DNA of 64,000 nucleotides. Origin: a virus. Taxonomy: Duplodnaviria; Caudoviricetes. A program made the position numbers and the translations under genes. The DNA lies in IMG/VR virus record IMGVR_UViG_3300035208_003581, positions 1 through 64,000 of that record; one strand, given 5' to 3'. The notes under the pieces are model-generated. The model did no database searches. It saw nothing but the letters and a program-made list of their open reading frames with translations, and had not been told where the DNA came from. Each line of letters begins with the position of its first letter. The first letter of the stretch is position 1. Positions 49,141 to 59,014 of the stretch are shown in pieces.

Positions 49141-52100
49141 ATGACAGTATATGATTCAATAGGTAATCCAATTATACCTTTTGGTACTGAAGGTTTTCTA
49201 TATGGTAATCCTGGTACTTATATCAATAGGTATTTAAGGACACAATATGGCCCTATTGTACGAGGTGATGGTACAGGTGCAATTGCAGATGATCCTTCAG
49301 ATGTTATTGTTTATATTAATGGAACACCTGTAACTGTTGTTGCTGTATTTGGTTTATTAGGTATTATTGTCCTTGAAAGTTCACCATTGACTGGGGATGA
49401 TATTAGAGTTAACTATACACATTTATCAAGACCTACAGTAGAGATAAGACGTTTAAATTCTAAAGAATTTGTATTAAATGCAGATGGTAAATCCTCGTAT
49501 CAATACCAAAAATATCAATGCACTAATGTTCTTATAGATCCAAGTTATTCTGATAAAAATGGATTTAATGGTGGTGTACAGCCAACAAATCCAACATCAT
49601 ATGGATATTTTTATAGAGCGTATGAACGTGCATATTCAATAGCATTAAATGACCCTAATTTATTACTGTTAAATAGTCCACATCATCGAGTATCATACCC
49701 AGCATTTAATCGTATACTATCAGAAATACTTGTTAGTTATGATTGTAATATTTTACCAGAAGATCATACTCTATATCCATGGGTACAAGAAGGTGATGGT
49801 ACTGCAAGTATACTTAATGGTATTCTTACACTTGTTGATTCATCTAGTGGTATATTTCCAGATGCTAAAGGTTTTTATTATTACAGGCCTGAAAATTTAT
49901 CTTATTTATATAATGCATCATTATCTTTTAGAAATCGAATTATTTCTTATACATTGAATGGATGTTTTACAGGTGTTGCTGCAGGTATTTTGGATGGTAA
50001 CCATACATCTATTTTATCATTTATTGAATATAATGGTATTAAATATATTGGGATTTTAAAAGATAATGGTGATGAAACTATATTTGATTCTTACGAATCA
50101 TATCCATTAAATTGGTCTGATTACAATATATATAGAATAACGAAAACTGTAGATTCATTAAAAGTTTTTGTGAATAGTGATTCTGTTGAAGTGATATCTG
50201 TACTTACAAATGAATTAGCAAAACAAAATGAATTAGAAATAGCACTTAATTTTCAAAGTGGTGTTTTTATTGGTTCTATGAATAGAGAATGTGTTAATGT
50301 TTCAGAATGGGATTATATTCGATATCTCATTACACCAACTTCAATAAGTGAATCATCTCATGTAACTAATATATTATATGAATGTAACCAATTACCAGAA
50401 GTATCATCACAGCCATGGTTTACATTGGGTAGATTTGGTAGAGAAAAAATAATTGGAGATGATTATCTCCATATCACAAAGTATTCTGCATCTATGCATG
50501 CTGGTATAGATGAAAATGGTTTAATTAGTGGGGAAGTTTTTGGATACAATCGTGATGAACCTTTTCTTTCTTCAGATGCTAAAATTGTAATAGACTGGAA
50601 TGTTAGATCTCCGATATGGACACATAGTATTAATTCAAAGGCATTAGGTATTTTTTCACATAATAACGAAAAAAATATTTCAATTTGTTTTTTGAGTGAT
50701 AGTTCAATTCCAAGTTTATCATATAATGGCCAAACATTACCAGATTCAGATCCTGATAATCCATGGATAGTCACAGGTGAAGGGATTGTATCTATAGTTG
50801 ATAATGTATTAAATATTAAAGATTATTCTTCCTCATTGAATATGAAATATACTTGGGTTGATATATATGAGCAAATATTAAGTTCCAGTTTTATTATTGA
50901 ATATTCAAATAAAATAAATGATTTCACACCTGATTTTGTAGGATCTTCTGTCATAGTTCAAGGTGATAATTTTGAAATTTATATTGAACATACTAATGAT
51001 GATGGTGATAAAAAAATAGTTTTTTTAGATGATGGAAATGTTCTTGCTTCTATTAATTTTGATTGGAGTGATAATATATTTCATTCATATAAGGTTATAT
51101 TTAATATTACATCTAATCTTGTTCTATTTTTTATTGATGATATTTTATCTACTACATTTCCATTTACTGACATTTCAGTAAGAGCACAGCCTGAATATTC
51201 TCTATCATTTGGATCTTTTCAGTTTGAACGGAATGGAACAAATTCAGATGTTGATTGGGATTATATCTATGCTATACCATTACGAGATGATACATCAGGA
51301 TATGTAGGTATTTATTTAGGTGGTGATGAATCATTAATAAGTTCGTATAATGTATCCCCTATCTCTGATTTAACCAGTTATCATGATTACCGTATTATTT
51401 GTGACCCAATTGGTGATGTGACTTTATTCGTAGATAATATCCCTAAGATAATTATAGATTACAAAGATTTACCTACATTTGAAAATTCATTTTTTAATAT
51501 ACCAGGAAGTGGTCCAGGAGTATATTTTGGGTCATTTGATAGTAGATCAATTGTTAAAAGTGAATGGGGTCATATTAGATATACTATTTCTGGTGCGTAT
51601 GGTAATACACTTATAGCACCACATCATCAAATATTAAATCATCAAAATGTTATGGCAAGTCCTGATCATTTATTTACAAATGGACATACACATACTAATT
51701 TTGAGACTTCATCAACAGGCATACCTATTTCTCAATATTACGATGGTAAATTGGCAAATGATGCATACACTATTTTGAATAATACTACTCCAATAGTTCC
51801 AATTACTGAAGAAGCCATACTAACAAAAGTTGAAACTCCAATAAGTACATTCAATGACCCATCATTGATATTAAATGATTCTCATTTTTTAGTTGGTGAT
51901 GGTATTAACGTAGTTAATATTGAAGTCTCAGAGAGAGGTTTATATAATACTGTTGATATAGTATGTAAGAAAAATGGTAATGATACTGATTTAATTTATC
52001 CAGCAGAAGATGTATTTTCTGGATTAGAATTTTCTGAACAACATGATGAAGTTATAAATTCACAATTAAATACAGTTGGAACATGTTTCTTTTTAAATGC

Positions 52101-52395
52101 AGTGAGTGATTATGAGTACACATCTCAAACTGTACCTGCAAAGTCATTATTAAATTCATCGAATCTTATTTATGCAGGATCAAAGTTTAACGAGAATCAC
52201 CCTGAATTACTAATTGATATTTCAAACGAAGAAGTATATTCTACACAAGAAGATGAAGCATTAGAAGCATATTTGACATATACATGGGGTGGTAACATTT
52301 TGAATGACCCTAATTCAATTATGGAAAACAATGTGATTACAGGATTTATTTTAAATGATTTCACTTTAGGATCAATTGTAGATGTACTTCCTTAA
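49141..52395 (+). CDS. Baseplate/tail protein with three lectin (LamG/ConA)-like domains
   Basis: Three copies of Y....LP....PW / H.Y.I / W.[YH]I.Y; short LN..F.LN motifs. Confidence 0.55.
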   Translation: MTVYDSIGNPIIPFGTEGFLYGNPGTYINRYLRTQYGPIVRGDGTGAIADDPSDVIVYINGTPVTVVAVFGLLGIIVLESSPLTGDDIRVNYTHLSRPTVEIRRLNSKEFVLNADGKSSYQYQKYQCTNVLIDPSYSDKNGFNGGVQPTNPTSYGYFYRAYERAYSIALNDPNLLLLNSPHHRVSYPAFNRILSEILVSYDCNILPEDHTLYPWVQEGDGTASILNGILTLVDSSSGIFPDAKGFYYYRPENLSYLYNASLSFRNRIISYTLNGCFTGVAAGILDGNHTSILSFIEYNGIKYIGILKDNGDETIFDSYESYPLNWSDYNIYRITKTVDSLKVFVNSDSVEVISVLTNELAKQNELEIALNFQSGVFIGSMNRECVNVSEWDYIRYLITPTSISESSHVTNILYECNQLPEVSSQPWFTLGRFGREKIIGDDYLHITKYSASMHAGIDENGLISGEVFGYNRDEPFLSSDAKIVIDWNVRSPIWTHSINSKALGIFSHNNEKNISICFLSDSSIPSLSYNGQTLPDSDPDNPWIVTGEGIVSIVDNVLNIKDYSSSLNMKYTWVDIYEQILSSSFIIEYSNKINDFTPDFVGSSVIVQGDNFEIYIEHTNDDGDKKIVFLDDGNVLASINFDWSDNIFHSYKVIFNITSNLVLFFIDDILSTTFPFTDISVRAQPEYSLSFGSFQFERNGTNSDVDWDYIYAIPLRDDTSGYVGIYLGGDESLISSYNVSPISDLTSYHDYRIICDPIGDVTLFVDNIPKIIIDYKDLPTFENSFFNIPGSGPGVYFGSFDSRSIVKSEWGHIRYTISGAYGNTLIAPHHQILNHQNVMASPDHLFTNGHTHTNFETSSTGIPISQYYDGKLANDAYTILNNTTPIVPITEEAILTKVETPISTFNDPSLILNDSHFLVGDGINVVNIEVSERGLYNTVDIVCKKNGNDTDLIYPAEDVFSGLEFSEQHDEVINSQLNTVGTCFFLNAVSDYEYTSQTVPAKSLLNSSNLIYAGSKFNENHPELLIDISNEEVYSTQEDEALEAYLTYTWGGNILNDPNSIMENNVITGFILNDFTLGSIVDVLP

Positions 52396-52409
52396 ATTTT
52401 AGGTGTATC

Positions 52410-53066
52410 ATGGTAAGCGACTATTTAAGAAGAATTTCTAAATATATTGAAAGTGAATCTAATTTAGATGATGCTGAAATATCACGTAGAAAAAAATGGC
52501 TAGAAGATGCAGAGAAAATCACTGGTAAAAAATTCAGAGAATCAGATTCAAATGATTATTTGGATGGGGAATATGATGAATATGATATTATTCGTTATAA
52601 TATAGATGCTTTATATCATGCAGGTCCAGATCCAGATTTAAAGAAAAATTTTAAAAATGGAGCTGGACTTTTTGGGTCAGTTTTATTTTTCACGCATAAA
52701 GAGGGTGGGGCATCAACTGGTGATGGCACATATGTTTATGCTATAGATAAAGATTCATTGGATATTGCATCTGATTTGACCAGAGAACCTTTATGTGCAA
52801 ATACACCTGAAGTGAAGTATCTAGTTAAAGAGCTTGAATCAATTGTAAATATCAACGAATATAGAGAGAATTATGATATATCTGAAGATATGTCAGATCA
52901 AGATATGCTTGCAGATTTGGCAATGGATTTAATATTAGGGAATACTACTTTAATTAAATATGATTTTTATGATGCTGGAGATTTAGATTGGAAAATACAG
53001 AGATGGAGAGTAGAAATAGATATGAGTGCTCATGGGAATTTGAATAAATTAATTCCTATGCAATAG
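52410..53066 (+). CDS. ADP-ribosyltransferase-fold-like protein, possibly degenerate
   Basis: ALYHAG..F..GLFGSVLFFT...AS..DGTYVYAI resembles the first ART strands; no clear catalytic Glu strand. Confidence 0.4.
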   Translation: MVSDYLRRISKYIESESNLDDAEISRRKKWLEDAEKITGKKFRESDSNDYLDGEYDEYDIIRYNIDALYHAGPDPDLKKNFKNGAGLFGSVLFFTHKEGGASTGDGTYVYAIDKDSLDIASDLTREPLCANTPEVKYLVKELESIVNINEYRENYDISEDMSDQDMLADLAMDLILGNTTLIKYDFYDAGDLDWKIQRWRVEIDMSAHGNLNKLIPMQ

Positions 53067-53119
53067 ATAATTTTTAATAATCGTTAATTGATTAATTTTT
53101 TTATAAATAGGAGAATAGA

Positions 53120-53776
53120 ATGCTTTCTAAAGAAAAATATTATGGAGTTAAAGACAAAATGACTGCTTCTTTATCTAGTAAAGACAAATATACTGGTCCA
53201 AAAGGGACTTTTTATGGTTTTATAGGACCTGTTATTGATTCACCCTCTCTTGAGAAATTAAAATCAAGTTCAGAACACATTCCTGTTTTGGAAAAACACA
53301 ATCTTATTGTAAAAGATATGTCAATACTATTAGCTCGACTGATAAAAGATAATCAAGAAGCACCTTTTGGTGCTTATGTGCTTGCCGTAGGTAGCGGGGA
53401 TACAGGTTGGAATGTTATGAGTCCTCCTGCTGCTACTGATTCGCAACGTGCTCTCTATAATGAAATAGAGCGTAAAACATTTGCTACTACTCAATTTATT
53501 GATGATGGTGGTAGTCAAGTGGCATATCCAACAAATATTGTTGATTTTATAACAACATTTACAGAATCTGAAGCAGTTGGGCCACTGGTAGAAATGGGTT
53601 TATTGGGTGGGAATATCTCTACAAATTTAGCTATTAAAAATCCTGTTCCTGCTGGTACATACGATGCTACTGTTGATTTAACAGCATATGAAACTATGAT
53701 TAATTATTTGACTTTTCCAGTTATAAATAAGCCAGCAACTGCTTCATTAACATGGGTATGGCGTCTTACATTTTAA
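53120..53776 (+). CDS. Tail-fibre attachment/collar-like baseplate protein
   Basis: LAVGSG..ALYNEIERK..FTESEAVG.LVEMGL..YLTFPVINK..LTWVWRLTF pattern. Confidence 0.65.
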   Translation: MLSKEKYYGVKDKMTASLSSKDKYTGPKGTFYGFIGPVIDSPSLEKLKSSSEHIPVLEKHNLIVKDMSILLARLIKDNQEAPFGAYVLAVGSGDTGWNVMSPPAATDSQRALYNEIERKTFATTQFIDDGGSQVAYPTNIVDFITTFTESEAVGPLVEMGLLGGNISTNLAIKNPVPAGTYDATVDLTAYETMINYLTFPVINKPATASLTWVWRLTF

Positions 53777-53799
53777 TTTAGCATTCTAAGGGTGACCCG

Positions 53800-56352
53800 A
53801 TGAATAAGAAATTTTCTGGTACAGTAACACGTTATCTTGATCCTGAAAATAGATCCTATGAAACTGTAGTATTTCAAAGTTCGAAACCAGTTCTTGATAG
53901 CGAGTTAAATTTAAAACAAGATGTTTCGTTAGAAACTGGTTTATTTGATACCATAAAATCTTCTATTCCAAGTGGTTTTATTTATGGTGATTTTTTAAAG
54001 GATTCTGTTGATTTCGAAATTACTGGTGCTGCAAATACATTTTATTTTAAAAATAAACCTACAGCATTAGTAAATGGATTTAAAATAGTAGCTGAGTTTA
54101 CTGATTCAGATGTTGTTGGTGAAAATTTAATTACATTATCAGCACCGCCATCATCTGGTCTTCGTACTGATTTAGTTTTTATGGAAGTGTGGCGTGCATT
54201 ATTAAATGCATCCCCTGATGTAGAAAATAAATCATCTGGTGGACGTATTTTTAGATATGGTAATACTGGTATAACTAATGATTCTCTTAATTATGTTGAT
54301 GATATTTTAGATCCTACTGCAAATATAGAAACTACAAAAAGAGTTCAAATACAATATCGTTTTAGAGTATTTGATGGTGTTGATTTAGATACTTATCCTA
54401 ATGGTTTAGGAGATAAAAATATTTATGGTTGGGGAGCTGCTGGTTCTGATTCAACCTATAATTTTTCTAATATGGAGTCTATAAACGGTGATCCTGGTTT
54501 ATGGAGATCTGGTAACGGTGATCCAGATACATCTGGTTTAGATACTATAGATGGGTATACTTATGCTATCCCTATTTGTGCAGTATTTAGGCGTAATACA
54601 ACTGCATTCTCACAGACATCAAATCATAATGGTGGTGTTGTATACCCAGGACCATCAGATCGTCCTGATGGTTTATTTTCAGATGTTATATCACTTGGTG
54701 ATATTTTGGACATGAGACATGGGGTATCATTATCTGGGTGGGATTATAGTGAGATTTTAGAAAGAAATTTTAATGCATTATTGGATAATACTTTAAGTCA
54801 GCATTATCAAAATACTTCAGCAATTCCTGGATATACAAATGGTTCAAAGGGGTGCAATGTTCTTCATTGTGATGAAATTGGGATTAGTTCAGGCGGTTTA
54901 GGGGGTTCAAAAATTGGGGAGCATGATGGTGTTCGAAAAAGATTTTCTGATAGAGCTATTATTGAACACCCCATAGTTATTGCTACACCAACAAATGATG
55001 GTACTCCTACTGCTACATGGGTAGCAGGTGCAAAACTTATTATGGATTTAAGTAGTTTTAATCCATATCCATATACAACCTTAGATGTAGCTTCTGCATC
55101 ACCTGCTGGTACAGTAATTACTGGTGTTCGTTCTGCTTATTTTGACGGAGATGGTGTTACAACAGGTAAGGTAGAGGCACAATTTCAATTAATTCGTGAT
55201 TTAGGTACAGATCAAGTACAATTATGGTTATCTGATACAGGAGAATGGTTAGGTGAAAGTTGGGATTTATGGCTTGAACTTGAAGTGAGCTATCCATCTG
55301 GTTGTGGACTTACATTCACACCAAATAATGATTTTGATTCTGATTCTTTTACAGAGAATGATTCTGCATTAAGAATTGCTGCAATAACTGATTTTTCTGA
55401 TTTTGTATTACCTGAATTTGTTTATAATAATCGTGAAATTCAAGATATGTATGTAACCACATCAAAAACAATAGATGTATATTCCTTAGATGATGTTACT
55501 ATTATATTACCCGAAAGATTTTCAACTATCGTATCAGTTACCGAAGACCCTCTTGGTAGTCCTGTGGTTAAAACTGTTGATGAAGCTGTAGCGAATAATC
55601 CTGATAGAGAATTAACTATAATTTCTGGTGATCCTCTTTCAGCTCCAAATGTGCTAGTTAGAGTTGTATACACAGCTATACGACCATGGAAAAATATTAC
55701 TGGATACTATCATGCTATATATTATGCTTCAAAGGCATTTCAATGTTTGGGTGATGTTGAGCTGGTTAATGCTTCAAATTTATCTTATAGAGCATTACAT
55801 ACTAGTTCCTATATTTATTCATTGACAGCAGGTACTGGTACTAATGGGACACCTTATCCATTTGAAGTACCACATATTCATATACCAGTTCATAAAGGTA
55901 CCCATACATTTAATGGTGAACATGAGTTAGATTCACCGTTAGATGCATTTACAGATGACTTTGATGCAGCATCTGGTTTTTTACGTGTAGATCAAAACAT
56001 ACCATTTATACCAATTAGCGAAGCTACATTACAGCGAACAATATCAACGCATGTTGATATTGAAGGTAGATCATTTTATCCAAACGTGCCTATTACTGAA
56101 TATCGACCAGCAGCATTTGGTAAAAATTTATCTTTTCCACAACGACATAAAGTATTTGTACCTGTTCTTGCAGAATTATTAGATGATTATGGATTTTTAC
56201 CTAAACATGCATTAGTCATGATCATAATGACTCGTTGGGCTGATTTTGATCAAGAAAATAACATCAGATTTGTTGACACACCATCTGATGATACTACTTG
56301 TGCTGCAGTTTATAAGTTAAAAGGTAATTTATTATTAAATAGAAGGAATTAA
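53800..56352 (+). CDS. Tail fibre/baseplate protein (DUF4815/DUF6519-like N-terminus)
   Basis: SYETVVFQSSKPVLDSELNLKQD, RTDLVFMEVW, ETTKRVQIQYRFRV, YAIPICAVFRRN, RPDGLF motifs. Confidence 0.65.
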   Translation: MNKKFSGTVTRYLDPENRSYETVVFQSSKPVLDSELNLKQDVSLETGLFDTIKSSIPSGFIYGDFLKDSVDFEITGAANTFYFKNKPTALVNGFKIVAEFTDSDVVGENLITLSAPPSSGLRTDLVFMEVWRALLNASPDVENKSSGGRIFRYGNTGITNDSLNYVDDILDPTANIETTKRVQIQYRFRVFDGVDLDTYPNGLGDKNIYGWGAAGSDSTYNFSNMESINGDPGLWRSGNGDPDTSGLDTIDGYTYAIPICAVFRRNTTAFSQTSNHNGGVVYPGPSDRPDGLFSDVISLGDILDMRHGVSLSGWDYSEILERNFNALLDNTLSQHYQNTSAIPGYTNGSKGCNVLHCDEIGISSGGLGGSKIGEHDGVRKRFSDRAIIEHPIVIATPTNDGTPTATWVAGAKLIMDLSSFNPYPYTTLDVASASPAGTVITGVRSAYFDGDGVTTGKVEAQFQLIRDLGTDQVQLWLSDTGEWLGESWDLWLELEVSYPSGCGLTFTPNNDFDSDSFTENDSALRIAAITDFSDFVLPEFVYNNREIQDMYVTTSKTIDVYSLDDVTIILPERFSTIVSVTEDPLGSPVVKTVDEAVANNPDRELTIISGDPLSAPNVLVRVVYTAIRPWKNITGYYHAIYYASKAFQCLGDVELVNASNLSYRALHTSSYIYSLTAGTGTNGTPYPFEVPHIHIPVHKGTHTFNGEHELDSPLDAFTDDFDAASGFLRVDQNIPFIPISEATLQRTISTHVDIEGRSFYPNVPITEYRPAAFGKNLSFPQRHKVFVPVLAELLDDYGFLPKHALVMIIMTRWADFDQENNIRFVDTPSDDTTCAAVYKLKGNLLLNRRN

Positions 56353-56357
56353 TTACA

Positions 56358-58997
56358 ATGCCATCAAAAATTAATCCTGGATTATTAAAAGTTGGTTCTG
56401 GTAAATCATCACAAGATAGTGTATCTGTGTCTTCACTTGATTTTGCTAATATAATTGATTTCCAAGCAGCATTAGATGGTCATATAAATGATCCTAGTGA
56501 TGCTCATTCAGCAAATTCAATTTCAATACTAGATACTTATGAAAAATATGATTCTACACAGGTAGAAGGATCTTTAACTGAAATATCTGATTTACTTCCT
56601 ATTACTCCAAATGTATTGGGATCAAATGTATCTGGAATACCTAATTCTGGTGTTCCAAGTTGGGGAGCCATGGATGCTTCTGTATCTGGAGCATTTACAT
56701 GCAATACTGCCGATCATGGTCATCATTCATGGTTAGACTTAGGATCAACTAATCAAGGTAGTTCTCCTGAGAATTGGATGGCAGAATCATCTAGTTTAAT
56801 TCCTTCTACCATCACAACTTTTTCTGTATCTGGTATATTATATCCAGCAGATCGTGGTGTATTGTGTTTACTTTATTCTCCAACTGGAGAATTTAATAAT
56901 AGTGATGAAGAAATAGTTGCAATGTTGAATTTATCAGCTCATTTTGATGAGACTCGTCGTAGAAATCCAGCAGTAGGGTATAAACAGTTAGATTACACAC
57001 CTGCTGGTACTGGTGTCGATTTATTTACATTAACAAATCGATTACCAATGTTGAAAGAGTATTCATCTGCACCTTATACTCCATTTGAATACAATTATTT
57101 AGCATATCAATTAGCAACATTTTCTACAAATACATTTGATTTAACAAGTCTTTTAGGTAGTTATAATATATCATTAACTGTAGATTTTGGTAGTCTAAGA
57201 TTAGTACATTTTAAAACATTCACAAATGTTTTAACTGCTAATTATTCACAATCAAATATTTATGGTGAATCAAATAAATATGATATCTACAGTGATGTTG
57301 TGAATGCAGCACCTGTTGGTACAGGTACGTATACAGTGGAACCAATATATCCTCTTGGAACTGAAACAGCAACAGGTGCTGCTGCTGGTGCAGCAGGTGG
57401 TACAAACACATTGACAGCTAGTGGATTTACTTCTGGTGATGTGGGTAAACTCATTACCGTTTCTGGTAATGGTAATGATGGTGATTATCAGATTTTACAG
57501 TATATTGATGCTGCAACAGTAAAGGTGATACCAGATTGGTTAGGATCAAATGGTGCTGTATCAATTGCATGGGTAAGTCCTATAATTAAGAAAACAGTTG
57601 GTGTTAGTTCATATAATAGCGGTAATGCTTTTAAATTTGGTATATCAGAGCCAGATGTATTTAATTATACTTATGGTACTAAATCATCAGTAGATTCAGA
57701 TGTTACTATTCCAAGTATAGTAGAGCCAATAGTAGTTGGTCTTGATGAGTTTGGAGCTATTGATTTACCTATACCATATTATGAATTAGATAATTTTGAT
57801 TTGGAAAACAGTCCAGATGGTTATAATAGAGAAAAAGGTAATGCACCTTCATCAAGTGATGCTGGTATAGTGAACGGTGTTTTTATCTCTGGTGATGATG
57901 CTCAGAATGTTGATGCAGAGATAAATTTACATTTATATAAACCTGTTGGTGGTGAAACAGTTGTTGGTGTTGGTGCTACTGGTAGAACGATTTTAGTTAA
58001 TACATATGATGATTCTCTAATTGGTAAAAGTCAGATAGAAGATTTTACATCTTCTATCATGCATTACTCAATGGATTCTGCTGATGTGTGGCCTGATATT
58101 TATAATTTTGATTTTTTGAGATGTTCAGTAACACCAAAAAGTCATGCACTTGGTGGACTCAGCGTATTAAATTTACCTGGAGATGTTCCTGGTTCAAACA
58201 CATTAAGTGCCCCTAATATATTTACAGTTGGAGGTGCTTCTTGGTTTACAGAGGAAGCTGATTTAGGTCGTATTTTACATATTGCAGGTTCATCAAATAA
58301 TGATGGTGATTATTATATTTCACAAATAGTAAGTGGTAATATCATCAATGTTATACCAGATTTTCCTAGTCCCACATCAGATTCAGATGTGCTTGCACAT
58401 ATAGCTGGTAAACGTGGTGACTCTCTTACTTTAGTGGGTGCTAACGGTGATAAACATGCTGCTGTATATGGGGGTAGATTACAATATCCATACTTAGATT
58501 TATCTACTACTGCTTATCCATCAGGTAATGATGACCTAGCATCAAATCCTTATTCTACAGATGCTGCTGATACAATACGTTATTTTCAACGTGCGTTTGA
58601 TACTGAAGCCCCTGTAAATATGGGTAAATTAAAAATAACAATGCCAGTAGGTTCTGATTTATGGGCAGCTATTGCTGCAGATGTATTTACAGGTGATTTA
58701 GCTATTGATCATTCTGGCGGTGCTGTAGTATTAATTAAAGTACCAGGTATAAGTGGTTGGTTAGATTTAGGTCGTTATAATGGTGATCCCGATTTGAATA
58801 AAGAGAATGATTATTATGGTTGTTTAATCACTCAAGAGGTTATTTCTTCAAATCAAATAATATTTACATATGCTACAGATTTTTATACTCAAAATAACGG
58901 TGGTGATGAATATCCATTAGCAATAAGAGTTGGTTTGGTAAAAAATGGTACAGGTGAATTTTTATCGTTTGAAGAAATTGAATGGATTGCATATTAA
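56358..58997 (+). CDS. Tail fibre-like structural protein
   Basis: LDGHINDPSDAHSANSISI fibre motif; two G....V.G...NDGDY.I repeats. Confidence 0.6.
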   Translation: MPSKINPGLLKVGSGKSSQDSVSVSSLDFANIIDFQAALDGHINDPSDAHSANSISILDTYEKYDSTQVEGSLTEISDLLPITPNVLGSNVSGIPNSGVPSWGAMDASVSGAFTCNTADHGHHSWLDLGSTNQGSSPENWMAESSSLIPSTITTFSVSGILYPADRGVLCLLYSPTGEFNNSDEEIVAMLNLSAHFDETRRRNPAVGYKQLDYTPAGTGVDLFTLTNRLPMLKEYSSAPYTPFEYNYLAYQLATFSTNTFDLTSLLGSYNISLTVDFGSLRLVHFKTFTNVLTANYSQSNIYGESNKYDIYSDVVNAAPVGTGTYTVEPIYPLGTETATGAAAGAAGGTNTLTASGFTSGDVGKLITVSGNGNDGDYQILQYIDAATVKVIPDWLGSNGAVSIAWVSPIIKKTVGVSSYNSGNAFKFGISEPDVFNYTYGTKSSVDSDVTIPSIVEPIVVGLDEFGAIDLPIPYYELDNFDLENSPDGYNREKGNAPSSSDAGIVNGVFISGDDAQNVDAEINLHLYKPVGGETVVGVGATGRTILVNTYDDSLIGKSQIEDFTSSIMHYSMDSADVWPDIYNFDFLRCSVTPKSHALGGLSVLNLPGDVPGSNTLSAPNIFTVGGASWFTEEADLGRILHIAGSSNNDGDYYISQIVSGNIINVIPDFPSPTSDSDVLAHIAGKRGDSLTLVGANGDKHAAVYGGRLQYPYLDLSTTAYPSGNDDLASNPYSTDAADTIRYFQRAFDTEAPVNMGKLKITMPVGSDLWAAIAADVFTGDLAIDHSGGAVVLIKVPGISGWLDLGRYNGDPDLNKENDYYGCLITQEVISSNQIIFTYATDFYTQNNGGDEYPLAIRVGLVKNGTGEFLSFEEIEWIAY

Positions 58998-59014
58998 TAT
59001 TACAGGTTTAAAAA

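Noticed and set aside
49112-49143. +1 frameshift at TTT-TAA fusing 48338-49120 to 49141
   Set aside because: A +1 shift enters a frame that soon stops and is not the frame of 49141; there is no canonical -1 slippery heptamer.
12859-58997. Bacterial contractile injection system (eCIS, T6SS or tailocin) rather than phage
   Set aside because: Neck/head-completion-like genes, a long tape measure, phage-type regulators and the absence of host housekeeping genes or a recognisable CIS AAA+ ATPase favour a jumbo phage. The capsid gene is outside the window, so this is not formally proven.
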